A stretch of 63,150 nucleotides of DNA, filler included, from Octopus bimaculoides (Eukaryota): assembly GCF_001194135.2 (NCBI RefSeq). It is 5 parts of 4 records of this genome, joined end to end, with 100 filler letters (N's around TTAATTAATTAA, not from the genome) between each part and the next. Parts side by side here need not be neighbours in the genome. Positions count along the whole stretch, not along the records: positions 20,808 to 29,393 come from NC_068983.1; positions 29,494 to 55,969 come from NC_068984.1; 3 more parts are not named here. The stretch is one strand, 5' to 3'. Positions 23,801 through 35,738 of the stretch are shown here, piece after piece. Position numbers and translations under genes: made by a program. Under the pieces are notes generated by a model that searched no databases, was not told the DNA's origin, and saw only the letters and a list, made by a program, of their open reading frames with translations. Position 1 is the first letter of the stretch. The number at the start of each line of letters is the position of its first letter.

Positions 23801-24480
23801 AGACCTGGAAGATCCGTCGCTATTTGCCCATGTCCACAACGGAGCGTTCGGAAATTCCAGTCTGTATGGATCTACTAGCTTACAACATCTTAGTAGATCC
23901 TGGAAGCAAACATTACTTCTATTAACACACGAGCCAACATAATCTATGTCTATTTTCTTGTCTTTTATTATCATTGTCTTATATGTTATTATTTTCCTCT
24001 TTATTTCTTCGATGAGTTCGTTAGGTAGGTTGGCTTTAACATCAAAACCTTCCCTTTCGAACATACCTCCGTGTTGCCACAGTGAATCTAGCTCTATGTT
24101 CAATTTATCTTTTCTCACACCGGCTGCGGTGGCAAAATTAATCTTCTTTTGGTTGTCTTCTGTTGGGTTTACTTTTCTGTTATTTATTTTATCGTTTTCA
24201 GCATTTATTTTTCCTTCTTGGTTCCTTTTTCTGTTTACTGTATTTATGTGGCTTTCGTTCACATTTTCGTTCATTTTGTCTTGTTTTACAGTTGCTCTTT
24301 GATTAGCTTGGCCATGGTTAGAAGACTTGTCCTCCGAATTCATTTTCACAAAAACGAATATTTTCCAAAATATTTTTTTCAAAAATTATTTCAAAAATTA
24401 TTTTCCCCTCCATGAGGAGGGGAACAACAGTCCACTACGACTGTTGAAACAGAACGTAGAACAATAACAAAAGTTCAAAA
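20809..24480 (-). mobile_element. Tx1/L1-clade LINE copy B with an internal deletion fusing ORF1 to ORF2
   Basis: 5' UTR hairpins, ORF1 N-terminus joined to the EN C-half, RT pieces (PITLLNAELKIL, LDQSKAFDR, RQGCPLS, AYVDD, LGVWLG), CPRCG...ETVPHA and a 3' UTR. Confidence 0.9.
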
Positions 24481-24629
24481 TTTAACAACAAATAGCAACA
24501 ATAACAATAAATAATAATAACAATTACATATCAAATTCTCGCAAAGACAAATTAACTGTGTGCTAACGATTCTGCCTGCTCGCCGCCTGAACATTTAAGT
24601 AATAATTAAAAAAAAATAAGGCTGGCATT

Positions 24630-24870
24630 TATTCTATCGAGTCGCTATTTTACGGGGATGTAAACAAACCAACACCGGTTGTCAAGTGGTGCGGGGTAAA
24701 CGCAGACACGAAGACCCACACACACTATTTCCGTTTACCAAATTCACTCGCAATGCATTAATCGACCGGGACTATAATAGAAGACATTTGCTCAAGGTGC
24801 TATGCAATGAGACTGAACCCAAAATCATGTGGTTGCGAGGCTCCTTAATCATGCAGTCATGTCTGCGCCG
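24630..24870 (-). mobile_element. SINE family 1, degenerate
   Basis: tttacggggatgtaaacaaaccaacaccggttgtcaag...ccgtttaccaaattcactcgcaa...agaagacatttgctcaaggtg. Confidence 0.7.
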
Positions 24871-24934
24871 ATGCTGATTTTTTTTAAAAATTATATTTTA
24901 TTTTATTTTTTTATTTCCAACTGCAGGATCGTTG

Positions 24935-25135
24935 TTTCAAATTTTGGCACAAGGGCAGCAATTTTACGGGACGGGGTAAGTTGATTACATCGACCCTAGT
25001 GATATACTGGTACTTATTTTATCGACCCCGAAAGGATGAAAGGCAAAGGCGACCTCAGCGGAATTTGAACTCAGAACGTAAAGATAAGCGAAATACCGCT
25101 AAGCTTTTTGTCCGGCGTGCTAACGATTCAACTGC
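24935..25135 (-). mobile_element. tRNA-derived SINE family 2 (Nin/Deu-like central domain)
   Basis: Minus strand has B box GAGTTCAAATTCC and a central gcctttcatcctttcggggtcgataaaataagtacc resembling the Nin/Deu SINE domain (recalled, not searched). Confidence 0.75.
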
Positions 25136-25879
25136 GGTACTAAAATATTGGCATCAATTTAAACGACTTACGCCCAGAGCTTGTGAAGGTGCGTAGCCTA
25201 GTGGTTTGGATATTAGGTTCACAGATGTCAGGTCAGTGCCTTGTCCTTGAGTCAAGTACATTTTAGATTGTTTTAGTTGATTCAGCTGAAAATGAATTTC
25301 AACAGCAGCTGAAAGTGAACTCTGTAATGGACTAACATCCCGTTCAAAGAAAAAGTCTTCTTTGAACTGCTTACAAGCTTCGAAAATCCGAACAAGCTCA
25401 TGAGCTTGTAAGCTCGGAAAAGCCTTCAGGTTGTTCCACTTTCCCAACTTAACTCGTATATTGCTTCTAACTGATGTGTTTAGGAAGTTAAGTGAATGTA
25501 GAGAAGTCAGTGCTTTGCTCCAGTAAATGTTAGAAGTTGAGCAACAGTGTCGAAAACGACAAAACTAAATTGGCTTGCTCCCAGCTTAGTAGCCAATTTT
25601 CAGTCAGATTATACCCTACAATCCGAAAGGAAGGAGGATATACAGCCTGATACACTAAGTCTGGAAAGACAAAAGACGTGATGGGCACATGTGGAAAGAT
25701 TTTTTTTATCATAGGGTTACTCAATCACAACTAGTTTGGGGCTAAACCTTATTACTATGAGCAAATAAACTATTTGAAAAATCGTCAGAGCATCAAACAA
25801 AAATGCCTTGCGGGATTTATTCGACTCTTTATATTCTGAGCTCATATTCCACCGGCTCCCAATACTTATTTTTTTTTAA

Positions 25880-25981
25880 CCCGATACTTTTTCTATCAAT
25901 TTCTTTTAAGTTACGGGGAAGTAAACTAAGCGACACCGGTTGTCAAGTGGTAGTGGAATGATAAACACAAAGACACATTCA

Positions 25982-26034
<53 letters not shown>

Positions 26035-26225
26035 CACGCACACATACACACACGACGGGGTTTCATACAGTTTTCGTCTACCAAATTCATTCACAAGAAA
26101 TTCGTCGGACGGAGGTCATAAGTAGAAGACACTTGCCCAAAGTGTCGCACAGAGGGATTGAACATGACGACACCACGTGTTTGCAAAGCGAGATTCTTCA
26201 ACACATAGCCATGCCTGCGCCTACG
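25880..26225 (-). mobile_element. SINE family 1, diverged
   Basis: Same layout with central (TA)n; ...agtagaagacacttgcccaaagtg...gccatgcctgcgcct. Confidence 0.75.
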
Positions 26226-29116
26226 AATGAAAATGGCCTGTTGACAAATAAACATGAAATAAATACATAGACATGATAATAGTAGTAGTAGTAGTTTAAT
26301 TTAATCAGGTTACTTGAGTGCTAATTGTTGTTTAGCTCCTGATTTAACATTATCAAATAGACCCGTGATCAAAATTATTCAAAAAAATGGTCACCTGATC
26401 TTAATAAGGATATGTAGAACTACATTATTTAATGTCTTTTTTTATTAATTATAAGGTTTAGTTTAAGATAAATTTGGTTTTATATCTAGCAGATTGAGCA
26501 CGTAGAGGCTGTCTTGGCTGGCCCGAGAGTGGTGTTTAAAAATTATAATCGATTAAATCAATTCTAGTGTTTCTAAAACACTTAGAGATATTAGAGATAA
26601 AAATAATAGACACAGATGGGCATAATCTAAGCCCTGGGCAATTCAGTACAACTGCTATACACAAACACGGTAGGCCTCAGCACAGTTTCCATCTACCATA
26701 TTTTATTCACAAAGCATTGGTCAGTACGAATTTACGGAGAGGACATTTTTCCAAAAGGCCCTCCAATGTTCGGCTTTCGGAGGATTCGCTTCTACACTAC
26801 AACTTTCGCTCGTTAATTATTATCGTGGGACTAAGAATAAATTGCTATGTCACCAGATACAAGAGTGTGTCAAATTTAATACCCCTCCGAACGTGTTGTA
26901 CTGTATTCAGGACCAAGGTATTTAACTCCAGGCTAAACTGAAGTCTAAGAAGCCATCACCAGCAGCATGATTATCATTATTATTCTTCAAATATTCCACC
27001 TTTGTTTATAAAATTGACGAATGAACTAAAAAACTAGAAAACATTACACATTTTTCAAGACTATGGAACGTCTGTAAATTATATTTAATTAAATCGTTAA
27101 GTAATTTTATTTTTATAAAACTTTTAATTTACTTTGGACGATTAAACTGTTGTAATAAATTTATGTAACTGAGAAACATTAGCAAGTAAAGAAACAAGAC
27201 CGGTAGAGTACATTAAATGAGGATTATATAAAAGCAACGATCGGAATGTAAAATTACTAAAACAAAAATTATAAAGCCACGGTAGAACAGAAAACTCTCT
27301 TGTAATGAACGGTATGACATTACAAGTTTTGAAGCAGTTTATCTTAAAAAACAGACCACCAATACATTCTTATCAGTTACGAAGTAACTAGCAGAGCAGA
27401 AATTAAAAACAAGAAACCGTATAAAATTGAGCAAATGGTTGAAAATTAAAAACAATTTCGAAACACTTACTTTCATTGTTTATAAGTCCGAAACGTATTG
27501 TGTAATTTTTTACTTTTCCCTTCGCAAGAAATTACGTATTCGAATTTGTGACTTTTCTTTCCAAGAATTACTTATTGAAAATTGTTTGTTCAACAGACTT
27601 GTGAAATTTTCTTTGCACTAGTTTAAATTTTCCACTGGTAATAACTCTATATATTGCCTACAACTAGCGTTGTCTCCTCCCATTCAGAATAGCCAACGTA
27701 TAAGTGGAAGCCAAGCCGTAAAGCGAAGAAAAAAAAATGTAGTCTAGAACAAAACAAGTGTGCACACGTGGATGTGTAAACGTAGAAGATTAATAACAAA
27801 CAACTCGTTTGTCTCTTTTTGAAAAAGAAAAAAAATAAAGATTTTCCTAGACCAAAAAGATTTGTGTTATGTACATAATCATGGCATCATACTTGTTTAA
27901 TTCAAGACAACTGTCACCGACAATTTCATTTTTCGTAATCACCAGTAGTATGTCATCTACGTCACGAAAATATTTTCATATTTTAAATTTTATTCGTTTC
28001 CCCACCATTAATGAATTTTTTCTTCTATTTCTTTGATAAAACTTATCTTGTGCATGTTGATGACGGAAAAAAATCTTTCTACTATTAGCTATGTTAGGGT
28101 GCATTTAATAAATAACAGTCTATATTTTTCTGTTGTAATAAAACACAATGGCATCTGGTAAACTGCGAACATTTGGTCATTAAAAATAAAACATTACGAA
28201 GGTCAAATTAATTTTACGATTATATTAAACACACAATCTTAAAAATGTGGTATTTATGTAACATGGACTCAATATTGTCTCCTCATTAATGGATATGTTG
28301 TTTAACTTTTTACAGACAAATCACTAAACAGGAATTTTCCAGTAATTCTTTTATTAAAGATTCATTTATAGACAATAAAAGAAAAATAAATACATTACTT
28401 GCTGGGGAGCTGAGCATGATTTTATTATATAAGTCCATGCTGTGTCTTAGACTCGCGTTACACAGTTTTAACGATTGTAAACTTAAGTAGGAAGTTTACA
28501 ACCTATATCATTAAAGGTAGGTTCTTCCAACTAGATATATAGCAAAAACATAAATCTAAAGGTTGTCATTCCTGTTTAAGTTCTTTAAAGCTGAAATTTA
28601 AGAGAAGTAAGAAAAAATAAATTAGGCTTTTTAAATACCAACTGGTGATTGCCTTAAAAGCGAGCTGCATTCACGTTCTTGTACTATTTCAAAAGAAATT
28701 TTGATTGCTTAGAGCAGGAGGCCAAAGTAGTGCCGATGGTTCTTTGCTGGGCTTCCAAAACTGGTGAGAGGAATGTATCCTCAAACTAATGAGCTGGTTC
28801 TAATGCTAGCAACACAGTCGATTCCGTTAAGGACATCCAACAACAGTTGATGGTGTTAAACCAAATGATGGATTAAATCTACCTTCTAAGTGGGCCTCAA
28901 CAAATTTCGCCCAATGCTCCTAAAACCTTACCAATTCGCTGCCTCTCAATGTTACACCTATCATTCCTATCCCTAATCCATTAAAACCGGCTGAGAGGAC
29001 ATTCATTAAATCTCTATGAGGTATCTTTGGATATTTTCTCCTATATTCATTCACAGAGATCCCATATATTCTCTCTTAGATATCGATCTAAGATATGACA
29101 GCAACAGTTCGAATAT

Positions 29117-29160
29117 AATTCACTGACGAGATCAAATAAGACCGGAACATGTCAGGAGTT
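29117..29160 (+). ncRNA. Decayed hammerhead-like motif
   Basis: AATTC-a-CTGACGA-GATC(aaataa)GACC-GGAA-C(AT)G-TC-ag-GAGTT. Canonical first core strand, palindromic ACATGT and GUC triplet, but GAAA reads GGAA and stems I and II have mismatches. Confidence 0.3.
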
Positions 29161-29357
29161 GTCTAAAGATCAGAATCACCCCACCCCCCACTGACAATTA
29201 TCTCCTCTGTCCTTCTTGGTCGGATTTGACCATTAAGACAAATTAGTTTTCTCCTCACCACAACTGTAACTTTAAATAATAGTTATTTCTTCGTCAACTA
29301 CGTCCCCTTTATTTTCTGCTAGTTTGGCATTCTCTCTGGAGCAAACTTACTGCGGAT

Positions 29358-29393
<36 letters not shown>

Positions 29394-29472
29394 NNNNNNN
29401 NNNNNNNNNNNNNNNNNNNNNNNNNNNNNNNNNNNNNTTAATTAATTAANNNNNNNNNNNNNNNNNNNNNNN

Positions 29473-29555
29473 NNNNNNNNNNNNNNNNNNNNNGTGTGTG
29501 TGTGTGTGTATGTGTGTGTGTGTGTGTGTATGTGTGTGTGTGTGTGTGTGTGTGA

Positions 29556-29601
<46 letters not shown>

Positions 29602-30611
29602 TAGTTTGGAAAGGAAGTTTGCTAAAAATATCGAAGAGTTATGAAAATGAAATGGTGCTTGGAGGAAATTAGACTTGAGTAGTGGTTACTGTCGTTGGTC
29701 TATATTATGCATGAATCCATAATGAGGAAAGTTTATGTACTATTTCTAACAGGTCAAGCGATCACTGAAGGAAAGAAATGGTGGTAGATAGCACTTCGTA
29801 AGTAGGTAGTGAAGAGAGAGGTTGATTGTCTGGTGGGTGATAAAGACAGACGGACGGAATGTGTGAAATAGAGAGGGACAGCTTGCATTGCAAAGAAAGA
29901 GCTATTACGAACGAGAGGTATAGTATGAGGTAAATGAGAGCAAGACAGTCGCATACGTGCAGAAAAAAGGAAAATTGGTCTATATTAAAGAGAGACAGCG
30001 GGGTAAAGGAAAAAATAGTGTAACTGCTCTTAGAAAAAAATATAATCGTACACAGAGTAAGATAGGAAGGACATAATTTAGTAGAGTAGGAGGTAGATAA
30101 AAAGTGTGACAATGAGTAAAGTCGAGGTCTGTATTTATAGAGTGTGCGTGTGTGGTGATAGTGAGAGGAAGATGTAATGAGGAGGAGTGTAGCGAGAAGG
30201 GAGAGAGATAGTTTTTAAGAGAGGCGGTGGGAAAGTAAGACAGAAAAACACACAGAGACCGTGAGTAGAACAGGAAAATCTAAAGAAAGAATGAAACAAC
30301 TGATGTACGTGTGATGTGTTACGAAGAAAGACAGACAGATTTATCGAGAAAGTAAAGCAGTCAGACATGAAGAGATAAATACGTTAGTTTTACAAATAGA
30401 GAGAAATACGTAGAGATACTACGTATACAGACACAAAGGCATAGAGAGCATGAAGAATGAGATACGAAGTGAGTAGAGAGGGAAGAGATAGAAAGATAAA
30501 AGCAAAACTGAGATAGAGGGATACACGTGCTTGAGAGTAAGACATCAATAAAAGAGAGGAGGTAGATATGAACCAAAGGACGGCCCGTCACGCGCGCGCG
30601 CAAACACACAC

Positions 30612-30644
<33 letters not shown>

Positions 30645-30695
30645 CACACACACGGAGATTGATAGAGCGGGGTAGAGACAGGGGGAGGAAAGATC
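29473..30695. repeat. (GT)n/(GA)n microsatellites and a purine-rich low-complexity tract
   Basis: Direct inspection. Confidence 0.85.
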
Positions 30696-31362
30696 NNNNN
30701 NNNNNNNNNNNNNNNNNNNNNNNNNNNNNNNNNNNNNNNNNNNNNNNNNNNNNNNNNNNNNNNNNNNNNNNNNNNNNNNNNNNNNNNNNNNNNNNNNNNN
30801 NNNNNNNNNNNNNNNNNNNNNNNNNNNNNNNNNNNNNNNNNNNNNNNNNNNNNNNNNNNNNNNNNNNNNNNNNNNNNNNNNNNNNNNNNNNNNNNNNNNN
30901 NNNNNNNNNNNNNNNNNNNNNNNNNNNNNNNNNNNNNNNNNNNNNNNNNNNNNNNNNNNNNNNNNNNNNNNNNNNNNNNNNNNNNNNNNNNNNNNNNNNN
31001 NNNNNNNNNNNNNNNNNNNNNNNNNNNNNNNNNNNNNNNNNNNNNNNNNNNNNNNNNNNNNNNNNNNNNNNNNNNNNNNNNNNNNNNNNNNNNNNNNNNN
31101 NNNNNNNNNNNNNNNNNNNNNNNNNNNNNNNNNNNNNNNNNNNNNNNNNNNNNNNNNNNNNNNNNNNNNNNNNNNNNNNNNNNNNNNNNNNNNNNNNNNN
31201 NNNNNNNNNNNNNNNNNNNNNNNNNNNNNNNNNNNNNNNNNNNNNNNNNNNNNNNNNNNNNNNNNNNNNNNNNNNNNNNNNNNNNNNNNNNNNNNNNNNN
31301 NNNNNNNNNNNNNNNNNNNNNNGTGGTAACCATTCTGACATTTCACCACCCTAATAATAATA

Positions 31363-31423
<61 letters not shown>

Positions 31424-31424
31424 T

Positions 31425-31590
31425 GGTTTAAAATTTTGCCTCAAGGGCAGCAATTTTGGGGGAGGGGATGAGTCGATTACTTATTTTATCGATGTCCAAA
31501 TATGAAAGGTAAGGTTGACCTCGGCAGAATTTGAACTCAGGACGTGCTGATAGACGAAGTGCCGCTAAGCATTTCGCCTGGTGTGCTAAC
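31425..31590 (-). mobile_element. SINE family 2 between (AAT)n tracts
   Basis: gacctcggcagaatttgaactcag...ctaagcatttcgcctggtgtgctaacgat. Confidence 0.7.
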
Positions 31591-32619
31591 GATAATAATA
31601 ATAATGATAATATTGATGATGATAATAATAATAATAATAATAATAACAACAATAATTGTTTCAAATTTTGGCACAAGGTCAGCAATTTCAGAGAGTGGAA
31701 TTTAGTCAATTACGTCGACCACCAGTATTAGACTAGTATTTCATTTAATCGCTTACGAAAAGGTAAACAATGGTTTATTTCATCTTTTTATTTTGTTAAC
31801 AAGAAAGATTGAAAACAGTTGAGAACAGTACAAGAGGATAGTAGGGAATTAAATTAAAATGCATTCACAAGGGAAATAAAAACAAACGAAAAAAAAATTT
31901 TTAATCGCCAAAAGTGATAGATGTCCGAAGATTACCCGTGGAAACCTTACGAGTCTCATGGTTGCCTAAACCACTAAAATAATATCTCCTTCCAGTAATC
32001 TTTCTCTAATTTAATAATGATAATAAAGAGAATGTTTAATGATTTCCACACAAATTGCAATCGGCTGTCTTCTTTTCAGATATCAATATGGCACCGTATT
32101 ATAGCGGAAATGACGTCAGAACAATCGTGCACATAATTTGAAAGAAAATGTGTGTGTGTGACTGTGTGTGCTTCATGAAAAACAATGAGCCTAACAAAAT
32201 ACGTTTGGTTTCGCTCGAAAGCACATCGAGGATTGAATTCCTTTTTTACAGTTAACTAGGCAAAAGAATTTACACAGAAGTATAGAAAGACAACTATACC
32301 GTTAAAGGCAGGGTTGTTTTCATTAATTATCGCGCGGTTTCTATTACCATATATAATCTCCCATCCCACGACTTTTCTCTTTCCGGTATAGCTATCTTTG
32401 TGCCGCTATGTTTATCTGTATTTCTCTCTAGATATTTGCATATAAGAAGCCCTCTCTACTTTACTAATTTTACCTCCTGATACACCTTTGGACTCATTGT
32501 TTTTGATAAAACGTATTAATACTTAGACTTCCCACAATGAGTTCCTCGTTCTAAATTTACTGACCGTGTTCTTATGAACTGGAAACACGAGGAATACTCA
32601 TATTTAAAATATAGACACG

Positions 32620-32701
<82 letters not shown>

Positions 32702-33012
32702 NNNNNNNNNNNNNNNNNNNNNNNNNNNNNNNNNNNNNNNNNNNNNNNNNNNNNNNNNNNNNNNNNNNNNNNNNNNNNNNNNNNNNNNNNNNNNNNNNNN
32801 NNNNNNNNNNNNNNNNNNNNNNNNNNNNNNNNNNNNNNNNNNNNNNNNNNNNNNNNNNNNNNNNNNNNNNNNNNNNNNNNNNNNNNNNNNNNNNNNNNNN
32901 NNNNNNNNNNNNNNNNNNNNNNNNNNNNNNNNNNNNNNNNNNNNNNNNNNNNNNNNNNNNNNNNNNNNNNNNNNNNNNNNNNNNNNNNNNNNNNNNNNNN
33001 NNNNGATTTACA

Positions 33013-33048
<36 letters not shown>

Positions 33049-33142
33049 ATATTCATATATATAATAGCTGAAAATTATCATTACACTGCACGTGTGTAAG
33101 TGCATGTCTGTGCGTGTGTACGAGCAGATATCCGTGCGTGTA

Positions 33143-33182
<40 letters not shown>

Positions 33183-33682
33183 GTTTCTGAAGGCATAAAA
33201 TGCTCGATAGATATAGAAGAGAAAAAATATACATAGATTGTGACTTAGTTTTATTGTCAAAGTTACTAAAAATCATGTGATAGTGGAGATATAAAATATT
33301 ACTATATTACTTCTATATGTTTATTTCACTACCACATAGCGGTATATCTTAAATTCCCTCAACATTTGTCAAACTTTGCAAGGCTTGTCCATATTTTAAG
33401 TAACAATGCACTCATAGATTCATTCATAGCTTCAACGCTTGAACTTTCTCAAATCACTTTTGCCTGTTTTACCCTATTTGAACAAACTTCGTGAATCCAT
33501 ACACAATTTATTTTTAACTAACACAAAGAAAACAGTACCCTCAATACAATATATGCATGTTAGCATTTTTCTGTTTCGTTCAGCTTTATTTGTCTAATGA
33601 CTATTCATCAAACCCTGTATACTAAACCTTTTGTCACGATGTATTATCATTAACTACTCAATATAATTATATGTATGTAATT

Positions 33683-33714
<32 letters not shown>

Positions 33715-33717
33715 TGT

Positions 33718-33920
33718 TAAAAGGAACAAAGACTGCACAAAAGGCAACCTAAAGGAATGGCAGATCAATGTAAAAAAACTGGGAAGAACTAGTTTTAGAA
33801 AGAGCTGAGTGGAGGAAACGGATAATGGAAGGTTGTTAAACTTTTGAGAAAACAACTTTGTAACCCTCTCTATCTATCTATCTATCTATACATACATACA
33901 TACATACATTCATACATACA

Positions 33921-33953
<33 letters not shown>

Positions 33954-34600
33954 TCTTTTATTTGTTTCAGTCATTTGACTACAGCCATGGTGGAGCACCA
34001 CCTTTAGTTAAACAAACCGAGCCTAGGACTTATTCTTTGTAAGTCTAGTACTTATTCTATAGGTTTTCTTTTGCCGAACCGCTAGTTTACGGGGACGTGA
34101 ACACACCAACATCGGTGATCAAGCGATGGCGGGGGTGGGGACAAACACACACACACACACACACATATATACGACGGGCTCCCAAAGCTTCGGAGGGGCT
34201 GTCATCAGAACCTCTATGGAGCATAAAATGCTGGAGGTGTAAAACACGTAGCCAGGTACTCCCTTCCAAATATGGGTATGTCAACTATCTGAAATCGCAT
34301 GAAAGATCAACTGTATGCAGCGTCCCTCCTCCTAGACTGGGTAATGCGATGTGTGTGGCGTGTGAAAGGGCTTGCAAGTCGATTTCGAGTCTGAAGAGAC
34401 GTATGGCTGTTCGTTTAGATCATATCTCACAAAACATTCCAGTCAATCCAGTTGAAGTTTCAACTTCCGTCTGCCACCAATGCTACAAAGCATGCAGATC
34501 AGCAGGAGGCCTGAATAGTCATATGAGAGGTCATGGACGGACTCTCAGAAATGCCATTGACAACGCAGAAGCTCAGTGCGATGGTAATCATGTGTGAAGA
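33718..34600 (+). mobile_element. RTE-clade LINE 3' remnant with three C2H2-like fingers, interrupted by an inverted SINE copy
   Basis: 33718-33856 reads KDCTKGNLKEWQINV../WEELVLERAEWRKRIMEGC*TFEK, parallel to 14660-14810. 34181-34545 reads CWRC..YLKSH, CVAC.., CHQCYKACRSAGGLNSHMRGH. Confidence 0.7.
33848..34180 (-). repeat. Inverted duplicate of 34862-35180 (SINE 3' half plus its flank)
   Basis: Shares every private substitution I compared with the right arm and the non-SINE flank gaaaacaactttgtaaccctctc; differs mainly in microsatellite length. Confidence 0.92.
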
Positions 34601-34710
34601 TGCAGCATTCACCATGCACGTATGTATGCATTGTATGTATGTATGTACGTATGTATGTATGTATGTATGTATGTATGTATGTATGTATGTATGTATGTAT
34701 GTATGTATGT

Positions 34711-35087
34711 ATAGGAGTGGCTGTGTGGTAAGAAGCTTACTTACCAACCACATGATTCCGGGTTCAGTCCCACTGCGTGGCACTGAGGACAAGTGTCTTC
34801 TACTATTGCCTCGGGCCGACCAAAGCCTTGTGAGGGGATTTGGTAGACAAAAACTGAAAGAAGCCCGTCGTATATATGTGTGTGTGTGTGTGTGTTTGTC
34901 CCCACCCCCGCCATCGCTTGATCACCGATGTTGGTGTGTTCACGTCCCCGTAAACTAGCGGTTCGGCAAAAGAAAACCTATAGAATAAGTACTAGACTTA
35001 CAAAGAATAAGTCCTAGGCTCGGTTTGTTTAACTAAAGGTGGTGCTCCACCATGGCTGTAGTCAAATGACTGAAACAAATAAAAGAA
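34711..35087 (+). mobile_element. SINE family 1, full length
   Basis: A box TGGCTGTGTGG, B box GGTTCAGTCC, central (TG)n, and tail ggtgctccaccatggctgtagtcaaatgactgaaac. Confidence 0.9.
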
Positions 35088-35114
35088 TATATGTATGTAT
35101 GTATGTATGTATGT

Positions 35115-35159
<45 letters not shown>

Positions 35160-35738
35160 GAGGGTTACAAAGTTGTTTTCGTTATTCAAAATATTCTGAA
35201 ATTGTGTAGTTTTTGGATGGAAAAGTAACTAGACAATCATTGATTCATCATTTTTGAACTTAAGTTGAACAAATCGATCCTAGTACTTATTTTTTAGAAG
35301 TCTGTCACATTTGCCGAACAGCTATGTTATCGGGACGTAACATAAGTTAAATATGTTATATGGATGAACATTTTAGTTTTGAGCGGCTTCTATTGCAGAG
35401 AGTGAATTTTATTTATCTTGCTTATGCAACCCAATTGCAAACCACTGTATTATTTTTACTTTATTCAATATACTTCAGACTACCGAATTCTCTCTCCTTT
35501 CGGGAGTGACACGAGTATGTGACATTGACAAGTTAGTAAAATGTGTATCTGTCGCTCTTGTAATCACTTCTGGGACGATTTCGTTTTACCTAGTTCTGAA
35601 GTATATTGTGTTTTTAATACAATGTGTCTGTAAAGGGATTTTTCTCGGACGATAAATGGCAGCTTCTGGCTTTTCAGCGACACGTATACGTTAAGTATAC
35701 ATGTGTATACGTTAAGTATACATAAATATTTTACTATA

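Noticed and set aside
25392-25409. 18-bp perfect palindrome ACAAGCTCATGAGCTTGT
   Set aside because: Isolated, with no supporting element structure or second copy; noted only.
26567-26941. 124-aa ORF
   Set aside because: It overlaps a decayed SINE, with no domain or splice support.
30361-31354. ORFs of 200-330 aa made mostly of X (also 17358-18061, 38547-39478, 54450-55057)
   Set aside because: They are open only because of N gaps.
32195-32232. Minus-strand TCGATGT-GCT(TTCG)AGC-GAAAC resembling a hammerhead
   Set aside because: The first core strand is wrong at three positions and no stem I can form.
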